Assembly: GCF_024521635.1 (NCBI RefSeq)
Contig: NW_026250403.1
Span: 1,364,001 to 1,428,000, forward strand
Source: Tricharina praecox
Taxonomy: Eukaryota
Length of the DNA: 64,000 nucleotides
Direction: 5' to 3'
Below the pieces are notes generated by a model. That model was given only the letters and a program-made list of their open reading frames with translations, was not told where the DNA came from and made no database searches. The position numbers and the translations under genes are program-made. Position 1 is the first letter of the stretch; each line of letters starts with the position of its first letter. This document shows, piece after piece, positions 14,094-32,464 of this stretch.

Positions 14094-15479
14094 AGCCTAT
14101 GGCTTCTTTATGTCTTCATGATCACGATTTCTACGATTTGGTTTTGGGAGGGTGTTTAGATCTGTACGATTACTAGAGTGTGTTTTCGGATCTGCTTGTA
14201 TGAATATGTGTACGATTAATTATGTCTTGTTGTTGTTTCTTTGGCGGGTGTTTGGGGATTATCTTTTCACGAGTTCTGTATTACTAGTTAGACGTTTCAA
14301 CGATAGAATAACGGTCGATAGATGTACTTTTAGGCGTTCTTTTGGGTGTACTTCAGTAATATCCTTTAATGAATATTTCAGATTGGCAATGCTTCACTGT
14401 TCTCCAGGTCCGTCTGTCGTCGCTCGGGGTAGGTGGGGGCTCGAAATGGTCATTCGACCTGGAGGCCTCCCGTGCGCCGGTGTCGGGTTGGACTTAGCTG
14501 GCTGCGGTTGCCATTGGCGTCTGTTGAGGATACAGAAAGTGTCGATTCGCTGGTGAAGGATTCCACGTTGCCCTCCCTCCCTCTATGCTTCCATCATCTA
14601 TGTGAAGATAGGAATTCCGCCGGGACCTGGCAGACACCCAAGCCTCAAGGTAGCACTCGCGGCGGGATGCGACAGGAGCGCCGTTCAAACCGACTCTTGG
14701 AACCAAGGCCAGAGAGCCTGACACAACCAACTATCTCCTAGCCCCCCGAGGTCACAACGGATGTCGATCGCTGCTACCTCAACCATCATTCGGAGATGGT
14801 TACACTCAAGATCACTCGGTTGCACTGCCACAAATGATCAGTGTGGTTTCAGACGGTATGTATGACGTGTGTAGGTAAGACGGGCTGACAGACCCCCAGC
14901 CCAAGAATCACTATCCGAACGGCTGTTCCATCCCTTCAGGTGCACCATTGAAGCATATATCCGGTCGCAGTTTATTCGGCGTTGTCTGCGTGGAGCCTAG
15001 CGTGTCCGGCCGCAGTCAGGTCCGGATAAGGCGCTCGTCCGAGTGATTCGACATGTCGGTCGAAGCTTATCAGTTCCCGCCCGTATGTAGAGCTACATAC
15101 CTCTTACCCAGGTATCTGGATTGGGAATACCGACTTTGGATGTCTGTCCGAAGCTCTGACCTCATTCGTCCACTCGATGACTTGAGTTTTCAGTATACAA
15201 TCAAGCCCCAACCTCATTCGAAATCTAACTACATTGCAACGAGGAGGATCTGCTCTGCAGAATACGAGCTAACCCCAACCCGGTAATTGCCCCACCTCAA
15301 CTTCCCCACGTTTTCAGCCCCAACCCAAAGAAGTGTGCAAAGTTGGACCATCGCCATCAAAGCTCGCCTCATCGCTCTGTTCTCCGGCAAACACACTCAC
15401 CCACCACTATCGTCGTCGCCTGAGCCAGTCGTGTGCTTCAGCTTCGAAACCCACCCGTTTGTTCGGCCGTGTGTTTGTG

Positions 15480-15485
15480 TGACTC
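15480..15485 (+). promoter_or_regulatory. Possible Gcn4/CpcA/Cpc-1 (cross-pathway control) element TGACTC
   Basis: TGACTC(C) about 210 bp upstream of the ARO1 ATG, one mismatch from TGACTCA. Amino-acid biosynthesis genes are typical targets, but a 6-mer is weak evidence. Confidence 0.3.
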
Positions 15486-15524
15486 CGTGCGAGAACTCGA
15501 GAGTATGTGACCCTGTGAACCTGA

Positions 15525-20566
<5,042 letters not shown>

Positions 20567-21017
20567 AGGGTTTGGGTTTGCTTTGCTTTCGGAAACTTTT
20601 TCGTGGTAGTCAAAATGTGGGCAAAAATAAATGGTTTGGGCGGTTTTTCTCCGATGTTGGTCACCTTCATCCGAAGACTCGTGATCACTAACTCGTGATA
20701 CATCAATAAATCATGTATGTATAGCCCTACTTCGCAGCCGTCACTCGGCAAAATCGCACCGCATCATGTCATACAAGAATCCGGAGAACAGGCAGCAGAA
20801 ACACGGAATCGCGAACGTAAATACCAAATCTACAAAAGGTACATAACAGAGTGCCTCCGATATCTAACCCCCACCCCCGAGCGACCAGTGAACCTACGAT
20901 ACGGACAAGCAAAACACCAGAAACAAAAAAAGAACCCCGTTTCAATGACATAGGCCACTGTTCCTTCCCTTCCGGACCAAACTCCAAGACGCCCCAGTAG
21001 CTAGAGTAAGAGTTTAT

Positions 21018-22164
21018 CTATTGCCCAGCCTTCATCTTGATCCTCCTCCTCGCATTCTCGCCCGCAATCTCGGCGGGCGTAGCAAGATCGACGTTGGATC
21101 CCTCGACGCGCAACTTCTCGTCGACATCGGCGTTAGTCTTGACCTTCTTCGGCTGCGTGAATCGGGCGGTGACCGTGACGATCATCCGCGAGAACCAGTA
21201 GTAGTTCAGCCCGTTCAGCGTGAGGTTCGAGCCGAGGTAGACGATGGCCAGCCACAGCGGCACTTGCATGCCGGCGAACGGGTGCGCAACCATCTTCTCG
21301 CCGCTGAGCGCCTCGGCGGCGATGAGAGCCTCGGGCGAGGCCACCGCCGGGTGCGCGTACACGTAGAAGATGTCGCGGAAAACCAGCACCGAGTTATAGG
21401 TGCCCCAGAGAATGCGGCAGCAGAAGAAGGTGCCCAGCAGGAAGAAGCCGTTGACGAGTTGGTAGATGGAGCCCGTCAGGTTCAGCTTGTCGCAGAACCA
21501 GTGGATGTTGAGGAATGGGCTCGAGAGCTCGAAGAGGATGAAGATCGGTGCATAGTAGTTGACGAATGGGCGCTGTGGGGGTTCTCCGTTAGCAGGGAGG
21601 AATATACGGACGGGAGTGGGAGGAGGGGGGAGGGGGAAGAGGGGGGAGACAAACAAATCCAAGAGCATAGACCACCAGAGCCGAAACGGCGTGCGCAACG
21701 AATCCCCACCCCATGATGTCGACATAGTACACACTGATCATCAGATCCCAGAGGAAGTATCCCGTCGCGTAGGCCTGAACCGCAGCGCCGGTGACGGTGT
21801 ACCCAAAGACTCTGTAAAGCGCACCCTCGTCACCGACCGCCGCAGCAGCAACTTGGCGATCGCCGTCGGTGAGCATCCCCCATAACGCGAGTGCGCAGAT
21901 GAACGCGCTCTGTATGAAGGACACGACATGGACGTCCCAGTTCACCTGTGTTCGCCGCGGGAACTTGTTGTAATGGCTGGGGAGAATCAGGCGGGAGAGG
22001 ATCGGAGAGATCACTTGGTAGATCAAGTGGTAGACGGCGAAGGCGCCGAGCACCTGGTGCGTGTGCTGGGGCAGCGATGGGAGCGACGTCTGCTCGGCAA
22101 AGACCTCGGCGTAGGCGCGGATGGGTGCGAGTATCGGCGGACACGGTTGAGCGAAGAAATCCAT
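21018..22164 (-). CDS. TLC (TRAM/LAG1/CLN8) domain membrane protein, TDA4/TMEM56-like
   Basis: Motifs NWDVHVVSFIQS, ATGYFLWDL, HAVSAL, FELSSPFLNIHWF and LNGLNYYWFSRMI. One intron 21573-21654 joins ORFs 21589-22164 and 21018-21734. Confidence 0.9.
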
Positions 22165-22948
22165 TGTGGGCAGCGATGGCGACGGAATCTCTAGTGGTGG
22201 TCGATGTGTTGCGTCGGTGGTCGGTTTTGAAGGAAGGTCGGAGTTAAATAAGGCCGGGCAGCGGGCGTGTGTGATTGGAGAGGAACTGAAAGGGACCTCG
22301 GTTTCTTTATTGGTCTAATCGGAGAGACTGCCAGCTGTACGAGAGCAAGCCCAAGATGCCACGCGGACCTTCGCTCAAGAGGCTGTGATTCAAGGAGTTG
22401 GGGGTGGATCGGTGGGTTTGATGACTCGCAGGGCAGCGGGTGTTCGGGCGGGTCATATGGGGACGCCGATTTTTGTTGGGACGCTTTGCTGACGCTTGCA
22501 TATTCGCTTAGGATGAGAGTTGGGATCAGTGTCTGGTCATGGAACAGCACTCGTATCATCTTTATATTGACGACAGTACTGGTCATGGTCATTGAGAGCA
22601 AACCACATGGACATGTGGGCAAACACCGCTTGACAGACAGAGCTTAGAACACGAACCAGCGATGTGACGACTGGATGAGGTTGTTCTGTCTTCGTGACGG
22701 TTCTCTCGGTAGGTGTGTAGGCAGGTATTACAAATTAAACAAAAACGCTCGCACCAAGGACCCGTTCACCACCCACAGCATTTGATACAAGCCCATCCGG
22801 TGCAGTGATGCTAAAACTCGGGTACATTCGCGCAGTGGTCGGAAAGAATGGTTCAGTTGACGATGGGCGACAAGTATATCGCACCCCGCACGTAAATCGC
22901 GCCCGCACATTTAGTAGATCCGCACCCGCACATATATCGTAGGCGTAG

Positions 22949-23778
22949 CTATTCCAGACTTCACCGCAGTTAGCAAAAGGGAAACCACCTCTGTCTGTCG
23001 ATTCTGCGCCACCGGAAGACCTACCGCTCGATCAAGTGGATGCCGGAAGCGGTCTCCACGAGATGGCTCATCTCACCCGGCTGTAGAGCGAACGCAGCGT
23101 CTTCGAACTCCTTCTGCATCTCTCCCTTCGCGAAGAAGCCGCTGTCGCAACCAAAAAAAAACTATCAGTACACGCCCGCAGTCGTTTGGCAAGGAGATGG
23201 AACGGATGGCATACAGATCGCCCCTCATTCTAGCACTGCTGCAGTCGCTCTCGCTAGCAGCCAAGTCGGCAAGACTCAGCTCACCGGCCCTGATACGCGC
23301 CTCGAACTCAAGGATCATGGTCTTTGCTTCCTCCTTGGTTCTCACGATCTCCGCCTGGGAAGAAGGGGGGGACGTCAATTGATTCCTGCATCGCGTCTGT
23401 CTGCCCGTTGGGGTGTCTCACCTCTTTCCAGGAGCTTGGTCTGCGACTCTCATTATGCTTCACCAGTAGATGAGCACATCGAATCTTGCCCTGCTGCTTA
23501 CCGTCTGATGGCGTCAAAGGTCCGCACGTGGAGAAGTTGTCGGCCATGTACCGCTTGAGAATGTCCTGATTCGTCTCGCGCGGAGGCTCCCATTGCGACT
23601 GGGAGGTGTTGACGTTGAAGTAGTAGGGGAGGCTCTTCGATTTGCTGAACTTGACGATCCAATTTTCCGGAAGACCGGTGGTCTGGTCGATCTGCGTCTG
23701 TGATAACGCGGTATTTTGTCAGCCAAAATCGAGCAGCGCGGAGGCGACCGCTCGCTGAAAGGATTAGGGGCATACCAT
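22949..23778 (-). CDS. ESS1: Parvulin-type peptidyl-prolyl cis-trans isomerase with WW domain (Pin1/Ess1/Ssp1)
   Basis: ATG-only first exon. WW domain [22 protein letters not shown], then [50 protein letters not shown] and [13 protein letters not shown]. Introns 23698-23775, 23355-23421, 23142-23214 and 22959-23024. Confidence 0.95.
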
Positions 23779-24654
23779 TCTCGTGATGGCGGAGGTGGTT
23801 GGTGGAGGGCTCGGGGAATCTGCGATGCTTCGTGGTTGCTGTCGGGGCTAAAGGGAGACATGAAGCAATAATGGGAGGTGGGATCTGGTTGTGGGGAAGC
23901 GGTCTCGGCTGTAGATCCCCCGCATGTTGTACGGTGCACTAGCCTTTTTTCTTTGTTAATATCGAGCCGTCGCAGCTGGTTCAAGTTGATATCACTTTGG
24001 ACGGTCCCGGATCCGACACCGGGAGAGAAGACAGATTGGCAGATTGACAGCTAGCCAGCTAATCTCAACCGTGTACCCGGAAAGACTCCACCAAGTCTCC
24101 GGATGGCGCTCAACCACCTAACTATCGAGTACCGGTATGTACGTTGGTAGCATAGGTAAAAGTACTGACTTGATCACTGCGGTATGGACAAAGGCATTAC
24201 TCGATCGCAACTGACCGAAAAAGAAAAAGAACACCGCCACGGTCGTGCTTGAGTCACGAACCTCTCAACCGTTTCCTTCTCCCTAACGTGCAATATCCTC
24301 ACGTCTACTCCAGGCGATCACGAGGACAGGCTGCACCCAGTCCACGTGCAATTTGATCGGCTGCACGATTGAAGGCCAGTGTCACCAAGATGATCACTCA
24401 GCATTGCTTGACATGTCTGCACGACCCATAGCTGACGGCGTCGGTCTTGTAACTATGCCGAGAGCGACTCTTTTCGACGATCGTACGAATACAAGGCAGA
24501 GAGAAGCGGCGGGCTCGATACTGCGGGTGCACCGTATGTAGAGTAGTTGTGTACTCCGTGGGATACTGTATCCATTTCACCATCTTGGTCGACGTACTGG
24601 GCGTGGTGAGTACGGATGGGGCACGGCATCCAACCTACGAACAAGAGTTGCGCT

Positions 24655-24819
24655 CGGGCCAGGACTTTGTTCCTTCCGAACCTAACGGGCTAGGACTTTG
24701 TTTCTTCCGAACGATAAGTACGGACCCCAACGGGTCAGGACTTAGTTTCTTCCGAACGGCACGGACCTTAACGGGCCAGGACTTTTTTCCTTCCGAACGA
24801 TACGGACCCCCAACGGGCC
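24655..24819. repeat. Minisatellite: four 27-bp direct repeats plus a partial fifth, with variable spacers
   Basis: Unit CGGGYYAGGACTTWKTTYCTTCCGAAC at 24655, 24686, 24731 and 24772, partial at 24813. Spacers are 4, 18, 14 and 14 bp. Confidence 0.9.
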
Positions 24820-25298
24820 ACCAAATGTCCTCCCGTAATTTCTGCATTCCCGGAATGCTTGATCCAGGGTTAGGGCCGTCGCGTCGGAAAGCACTCTACT
24901 CTACGTGTGGCGTTTAGGGTGATCGTCAGGAACGTGGTTTGCGCAGCACGCTCTAATACTACACGTGCACCCTGGACTTTCCTCCAGTGTGAGAGAACTA
25001 CAAGGTAGGTAAGTGCAGAGAGATAATCGGACCACCTGCTACAAAACCCTCGACAGCTATCTACAATTCACGTTGGTTACCGGAACCGTAGTGCAGTGAA
25101 GTGCAGAGTGCTAGAATAGAGTCCCCTATCTTCCCAGGTACCTAGGCCAGACAGGCACTGAGGAGATCGCCCATTCGGTAACTGAATTCGAAGTGCAAGG
25201 AAAGTTCTAAGCCACGTTGGAGATAAATACGTGGTTGCTTCTTCTCGCTCAGTTATATCCACCTTTCCAGACTTCCACCAGAAGCTTCCGACGATACC

Positions 25299-27673
<2,375 letters not shown>

Positions 27674-27979
27674 GTGAGTAGTTTGTGATGTTACGGAATA
27701 CCATATAGAAGGATACAAACGGGTTGGTAGTAGAATTATACATAGACAGGCGGGCTTCAGCGCAACCATCGGGAGCTTCTTCCTTCTGCGTGAGGCTGAT
27801 TCGGGACTCTGGGCATGTGATACCTCTGTCGCCGTTGTTGTCGCACGACACGATACACCAGCCTTCCCGTAGCTAGGCTGTCGCTTCACCGAGCTCCAAG
27901 CTCCAGCTCTCATTCCCGCGATCCCAACCCCCCACCACCACATTCCCCTCCCCCTCCCCACAAACCCCACAACCTCACG

Positions 27980-28921
27980 ATGTACCACCGCCCCTCCGCC
28001 CCTACGTACCTCCGCCACCTCCCACCCCCCACCTCCTCTGCCGACGCACCCCCCACCACCTCGGCACTCCTCCGCTTCTACTTACCGCCTTACACCGGGC
28101 GTGACCACCGAGGCCGGACCCTTCCCCAGATCCTCCTCCTCCCGGACCGCGACCTCGAGTTCCTCCACGACTGGATCCAATGGCTCTTCCCCCTACCCGA
28201 GTCCAGCGCGTACAGCCCATTCGCGCCGATCCTCACCTTCACGGACGTGTGTGCATTCCGCACCTCGGCGGACCTCCGCAACGCTTTGCGCCGCAGTTTC
28301 GCGCGGGTGCTCGAGTTCCTCGGGTTCGTGGTTGGCTCGGAGGGGGAGGGGGAAGGGGAGGGGGTCGTGCGCACGGAACGCTGGGGGAGGAACGCGAAAT
28401 TCTGGTGGAGGGCGCGAGATCATAATCATCTCAGGATTACCAGGGTGCTTAGGTCACTGAGGGTCTTGGGACTGGATTGGGAGGCGCAGGTGCTCTGGAT
28501 GGCCCTGCGCAGGGCGAAAGTGGAGCTGGGGGAGAGGGGCGCGCCGGGTGAAGTGAGTTATAAGTTTTGGAGGAGGGCCGCGGTGAGGAGGGTTTGGGTT
28601 GCGCCTGAGGAGGGGAGTGATGGTGAGGAGGAGGGGGGGGACGGGGAGGAGCGGGAGGAGGAGGAGACGGAGACCCTGCCCGATGAGGAGATGACGGAGG
28701 TCGATGAGGAGTGGGAGGGTATTGTGAGCGAGGACGAGAGGACAGAAAAGGACGAGGATGAGGATGGGGATGAGGACGAGACGGATTCGGATGACGAAGA
28801 AGCAGACGAGGAGAAGGCGGAAGCAAAGGCCGTCGTGAAGAAGACGCCTACGCAAAAGACGGAAAGCAAGGGAGAAATTAGGACCTGGGCAAAACCTGAA
28901 GCCCGAAGCGGCAGACGATGA
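27980..28921 (+). CDS. Opioid growth factor receptor (OGFr) conserved-domain protein with acidic C-terminal tail
   Basis: Intronless 313 aa ORF with GRDHRGRTLPQIL, LEFLHDWIQWLFPLPE, HNHLRITRVLRSLRVLG and SYKFWRRA, which are typical of the OGFr_N family. Followed by a D/E-rich tail. Confidence 0.85.
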   Translation: MYHRPSAPTYLRHLPPPTSSADAPPTTSALLRFYLPPYTGRDHRGRTLPQILLLPDRDLEFLHDWIQWLFPLPESSAYSPFAPILTFTDVCAFRTSADLRNALRRSFARVLEFLGFVVGSEGEGEGEGVVRTERWGRNAKFWWRARDHNHLRITRVLRSLRVLGLDWEAQVLWMALRRAKVELGERGAPGEVSYKFWRRAAVRRVWVAPEEGSDGEEEGGDGEEREEEETETLPDEEMTEVDEEWEGIVSEDERTEKDEDEDGDEDETDSDDEEADEEKAEAKAVVKKTPTQKTESKGEIRTWAKPEARSGRR

Positions 28922-29415
28922 AGAGATGAAGACGAAGAGAAGCTCAAGACAAACTCTTCCGACGGCCAGGAAGCAGAAGATTCTTCAGGCGAAGGTATCT
29001 TATACATAGTGACTGTTGCTTAACGTACCTAGTTCTACTCCACTCTACACGATAGTTATTCATAGGCGATAGAGGTTGTATCACTATTCCTCTTTCCTCT
29101 TCCCATATGAAATACCTGTGATTTTGTATAATAAACAAAAGCCACTGAGTGTGTTTGGCTCCAGCCTTTCCCAATCCCTCAAGACCACCTCTCGCACGGC
29201 ACGTGATATCTAACTACCTCCATATCCCACATTCATCCCACTCTCGCCTCCACCACCACTGCCGCTGAGCCACGCGCACCGTTTGAGCCTATATGTACAA
29301 GAAGCTTATTGATAAGCCACCCCACACCGCCACCCCGCTAGTTAACTACACAACCCTCATCAAAGCTCCAGCCATCACATGCCGCGCAACCAGCGTTCGG
29401 GAAAGGGAGGTACAC

Positions 29416-29452
29416 ACAGCACGATAACTACAGCACGGTAACTACAGCACGG
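29416..29452. repeat. 14-bp tandem repeat, about 2.6 copies
   Basis: ACAGCACGRTAACT x2 plus ACAGCACGG. Confidence 0.8.
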
Positions 29453-30889
29453 CTCTATGCAAGCGGATGTTTATTTTCCCGCTCCATTTTCCCGCTCCAG
29501 CATCCATTTGCCCTCTCCAGCATCCAGCATCCCGCTCCAGCTTCCCAGGGCACCGAGCCAAGCCAATCCAAACCAAGCCAGGCCAAAGCCAAAACTTAAG
29601 CTATGGTCCGTGCCCTCCCATTGACTACGATTCTCTCCGGCCGAGATGCGATATGGACGGCCGACGATCCCTCACCCGTGGTAGGCCACCACGTATGATA
29701 TTGATATATAAACTCAACATTCGCATCCAACTAAATACCGAGACTACGTCCTCTACGTCTTTGCATCGAGAAGATATTTTTGGTATTTTTGGGTTGGGGG
29801 GTGCTGACGACATGCACCTAGCCCTCTCGGCCATAACTATGGTAGTAGTAGGTACGATGTTGGTATTCATATTTAATATTGATATGTGGTATTGCCTTGA
29901 CTCCTGTCCTGTATGTATTCCCATTCTCATCCTTCCCATCCTTCCCGCCCCACCCCCAGTTCCTTCCATTCTAACCTTTATGACTGGCGGATTCCCATTC
30001 CGATTCTTAAATCCATCAATAACAACCCCCTCCCCCCCTTTCCTCCACTCAACTCCACTCCAAAGTACTGTAGATCCACCACCATAGAAGAAGAAAAAAG
30101 AAAATATAAATACAAGCCCCACCAACTCAACTCACCAAACCGTAGGAATCCCCACCGCCCGCCTAAACAAAGCATCCCGCATGCCCGCGCAGCGGCGCAG
30201 GCACGTCCACAGGTAGAATAAAAGTAATAGATGCGAAAGCCCCCAGTGCATGTATCTTTCAACCTAGACATGCATCCCCCATCCAATATCCCATCCCGTC
30301 CCATCCCATCCCACCACATCCCTTCCCTTCCATTCCCTTCCCATCCCATCTCGTCCAACATAGGCCGGAAGGGGGCAAAAAAAACCAGCTGCTCGAGGGT
30401 TGCATGTTGGAAGAAAAAAATCCCTTCCTCTCCAAAGATCATAGGAAGTATGCAAACGCCCCGGTCCCCAGCTCCCTCCCGTCAGAATGCAGTGAAGAGA
30501 AAAAAATGCCCCCAAGAGTTAGGAACCGAGATAGGTAACCGATATCCAAGCAAGTAAATAAAAATAAATAAGAACCCCAAACCCCCTAAATATGTAATGC
30601 GAATGGTAGTATATGAAGCGAAAACACGCGCGGAAGATAATCGTGGTAGTGATACAATGGTAGAAGGGTATGATAGATAGATAAAAGTCCGAAACTAGAA
30701 GCGAAAGAAACAAAAACAAAACTCCAGTTACAAAAAGAAAAGAAAATCCATGCCAAGGGTCAGCTGGCGCGTTTGAACTTTTGTCGCCGCTTATTCAATC
30801 ATCCAGAAGTTCGACAACAGACTCGTATTCTCATCGAGTAGCGTTGTGGATCGACCAAAGGCACAGAGTAAATGCGCTCAGATGCGGGT

Positions 30890-32464
30890 TCAAGATCGAC
30901 CGCCATCACCACATTCTTGATCGCGGTCGCGGTCACGGTCACGGTCATGGTCATGGTCGCTACCAGCATCGGGTGGAGGTGGTGGTGGTTGATAGGGCTG
31001 TCTCCTATAGTCGGAGCCAGCCGAATAAGGCCGAGAGGGAGTTTGGGTATGCTGCGGTGGAGGTGCCGATTGTTGTCTCTGATGTTGATGCTGATGCTGC
31101 TGCTGCGACTCTTGTGGGGTCGTGTGTGACGGTGTACCGCTACCGCTGTGACCCGCCGATCCTCCGCTATCGGTTGCGGGTGGTTGATACGACGACGACG
31201 ATTGTTGCCCGACATGACTGATCGCCTCACCTATCGACACCGCCTCCCCCGCGCCAACCGATCTGCGCTGCCGGGTTGTCGGCCTAGAATAAGGATCATA
31301 TCCCCGAGAGGGTGGAAGTGGATTTGTGTCGCTCCTGTTACGAGTGTGTCTGCGCTGGGCTTTAGGTGTGGCGCCCGCAGGGGAGGACAGTGATTGGGCC
31401 TGTGGGGAAAAGGGTTGCATGCTTGGCAGTGGCGGGTGCTGAGGCTGAGTCGTCGTCATCTTCCGTTTTTTTGGTGAACTCACGTTGGTGTAGTCGCTTC
31501 CCGACAAAGCATTAGGAGCCGGATGATGCGTGAACGGAGAGTCGAGCTGTCTCTGTGGCGAAGCGGTGGCGGCCTGGGCGGACGACGACGTTCCGCCACC
31601 TCCAGATTGGGTAGCCGGCGGAACCCAATGGTGGAAAGATATCTGTGAAGCGGCAGCTTCCTGGTGGTGCGACGTCTGATGTGCAGAAGGTCCGGGTGCC
31701 CCAGGCGGTGGGCCCATTGGCACCGGGTGAATCTGCTGGATATATTTCGGCTCACCCGGCCCTGTGTTGATCCTGGGGAGATTCGAGCGTGGCGGTGCGC
31801 CTTGAGGCGTTATTGCTTGCTGTATCGGAGGTTGGGATTGTGACGACCCAGGCCTTCCGGCACTTGGCAACTGATACGTCGAGTAGTGTGGCGGCGGCGG
31901 CGGCGGGGGGACCCCACCACCAGGCGGTCCCATTAGCTGCTGCTGTTGATGGGGGTGTGGCGGTGGTTGTGGAGGGGTCGGGTGGCCTGAACCTTGCGAG
32001 CTAACGGATTGCTGGTGCATCTGCTGTATCGACCGAGTCTCTCGGCGCAGAGCGGGCCCCGCAGGAGAAGCCGGATGGGCAGAAGATTGTATTGCAAGTT
32101 GTCCAACATGTTGCGCCGACATTCCCATCTGCTGAGCAACCAATTCGTGCGCCCATTCCCCACTGGCACCCTTGCCCAAAAACACCAACGGCACGAGCGT
32201 TGGTGGTATGCCGTACTTGAACGATTCCCGCAGCATCTCCAGCTCAACGCGTCTCGTATCTCCCCGATACTGTTCCTGGCGAGTGCGCTCTTCCTCCGCT
32301 TTCCGTCGCTCCTCCTCCGCCTTGGTCTGTAACCATGCCCTCACTGACTCCTCCGAACCCTGCCATTGCGGCGGTAACGGCCCCAAGCTCGAGCTGGAGC
32401 CCGGAGTCGGAATGGGAAGCGTCATGGCCGCCGGAGGAGGCAGGCCTCGATGCGGGGTGGTCAT
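30890..32464 (-). CDS. Uncharacterised Q/P/H-rich low-complexity protein with N-terminal coiled coil (possible regulator)
   Basis: Intronless 524 aa ORF. Structured block QWQGSEESVRAWLQTKAEEERRKAEEERTRQEQYRGDTRRVELEMLRESFKYGIPPTLVPLVFLG, motif ISFHHWVPP, NLS-like SPKKRK and a C-terminal DH/DR dipeptide run. It resembles conserved hypothetical proteins of filamentous fungi (from memory, not searched). Confidence 0.8.
   Translation of the reverse strand: MTTPHRGLPPPAAMTLPIPTPGSSSSLGPLPPQWQGSEESVRAWLQTKAEEERRKAEEERTRQEQYRGDTRRVELEMLRESFKYGIPPTLVPLVFLGKGASGEWAHELVAQQMGMSAQHVGQLAIQSSAHPASPAGPALRRETRSIQQMHQQSVSSQGSGHPTPPQPPPHPHQQQQLMGPPGGGVPPPPPPPHYSTYQLPSAGRPGSSQSQPPIQQAITPQGAPPRSNLPRINTGPGEPKYIQQIHPVPMGPPPGAPGPSAHQTSHHQEAAASQISFHHWVPPATQSGGGGTSSSAQAATASPQRQLDSPFTHHPAPNALSGSDYTNVSSPKKRKMTTTQPQHPPLPSMQPFSPQAQSLSSPAGATPKAQRRHTRNRSDTNPLPPSRGYDPYSRPTTRQRRSVGAGEAVSIGEAISHVGQQSSSSYQPPATDSGGSAGHSGSGTPSHTTPQESQQQHQHQHQRQQSAPPPQHTQTPSRPYSAGSDYRRQPYQPPPPPPDAGSDHDHDRDRDRDRDQECGDGGRS

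Noticed and set aside
22850..22951. Readthrough-derived peroxisomal isoform of ESS1 (TAG CTA context)
   Set aside because: The known fungal motif is TGA CTA, and the extension ends in IVN, which is not a PTS1.
24655..24819. CRISPR array
   Set aside because: The spacers are short (4-18 bp) and related to each other, there are no cas genes, and the context is eukaryotic. It is a minisatellite.
24866..24920. Telomeric repeats
   Set aside because: Only two isolated TTAGGG hexamers, not an array.
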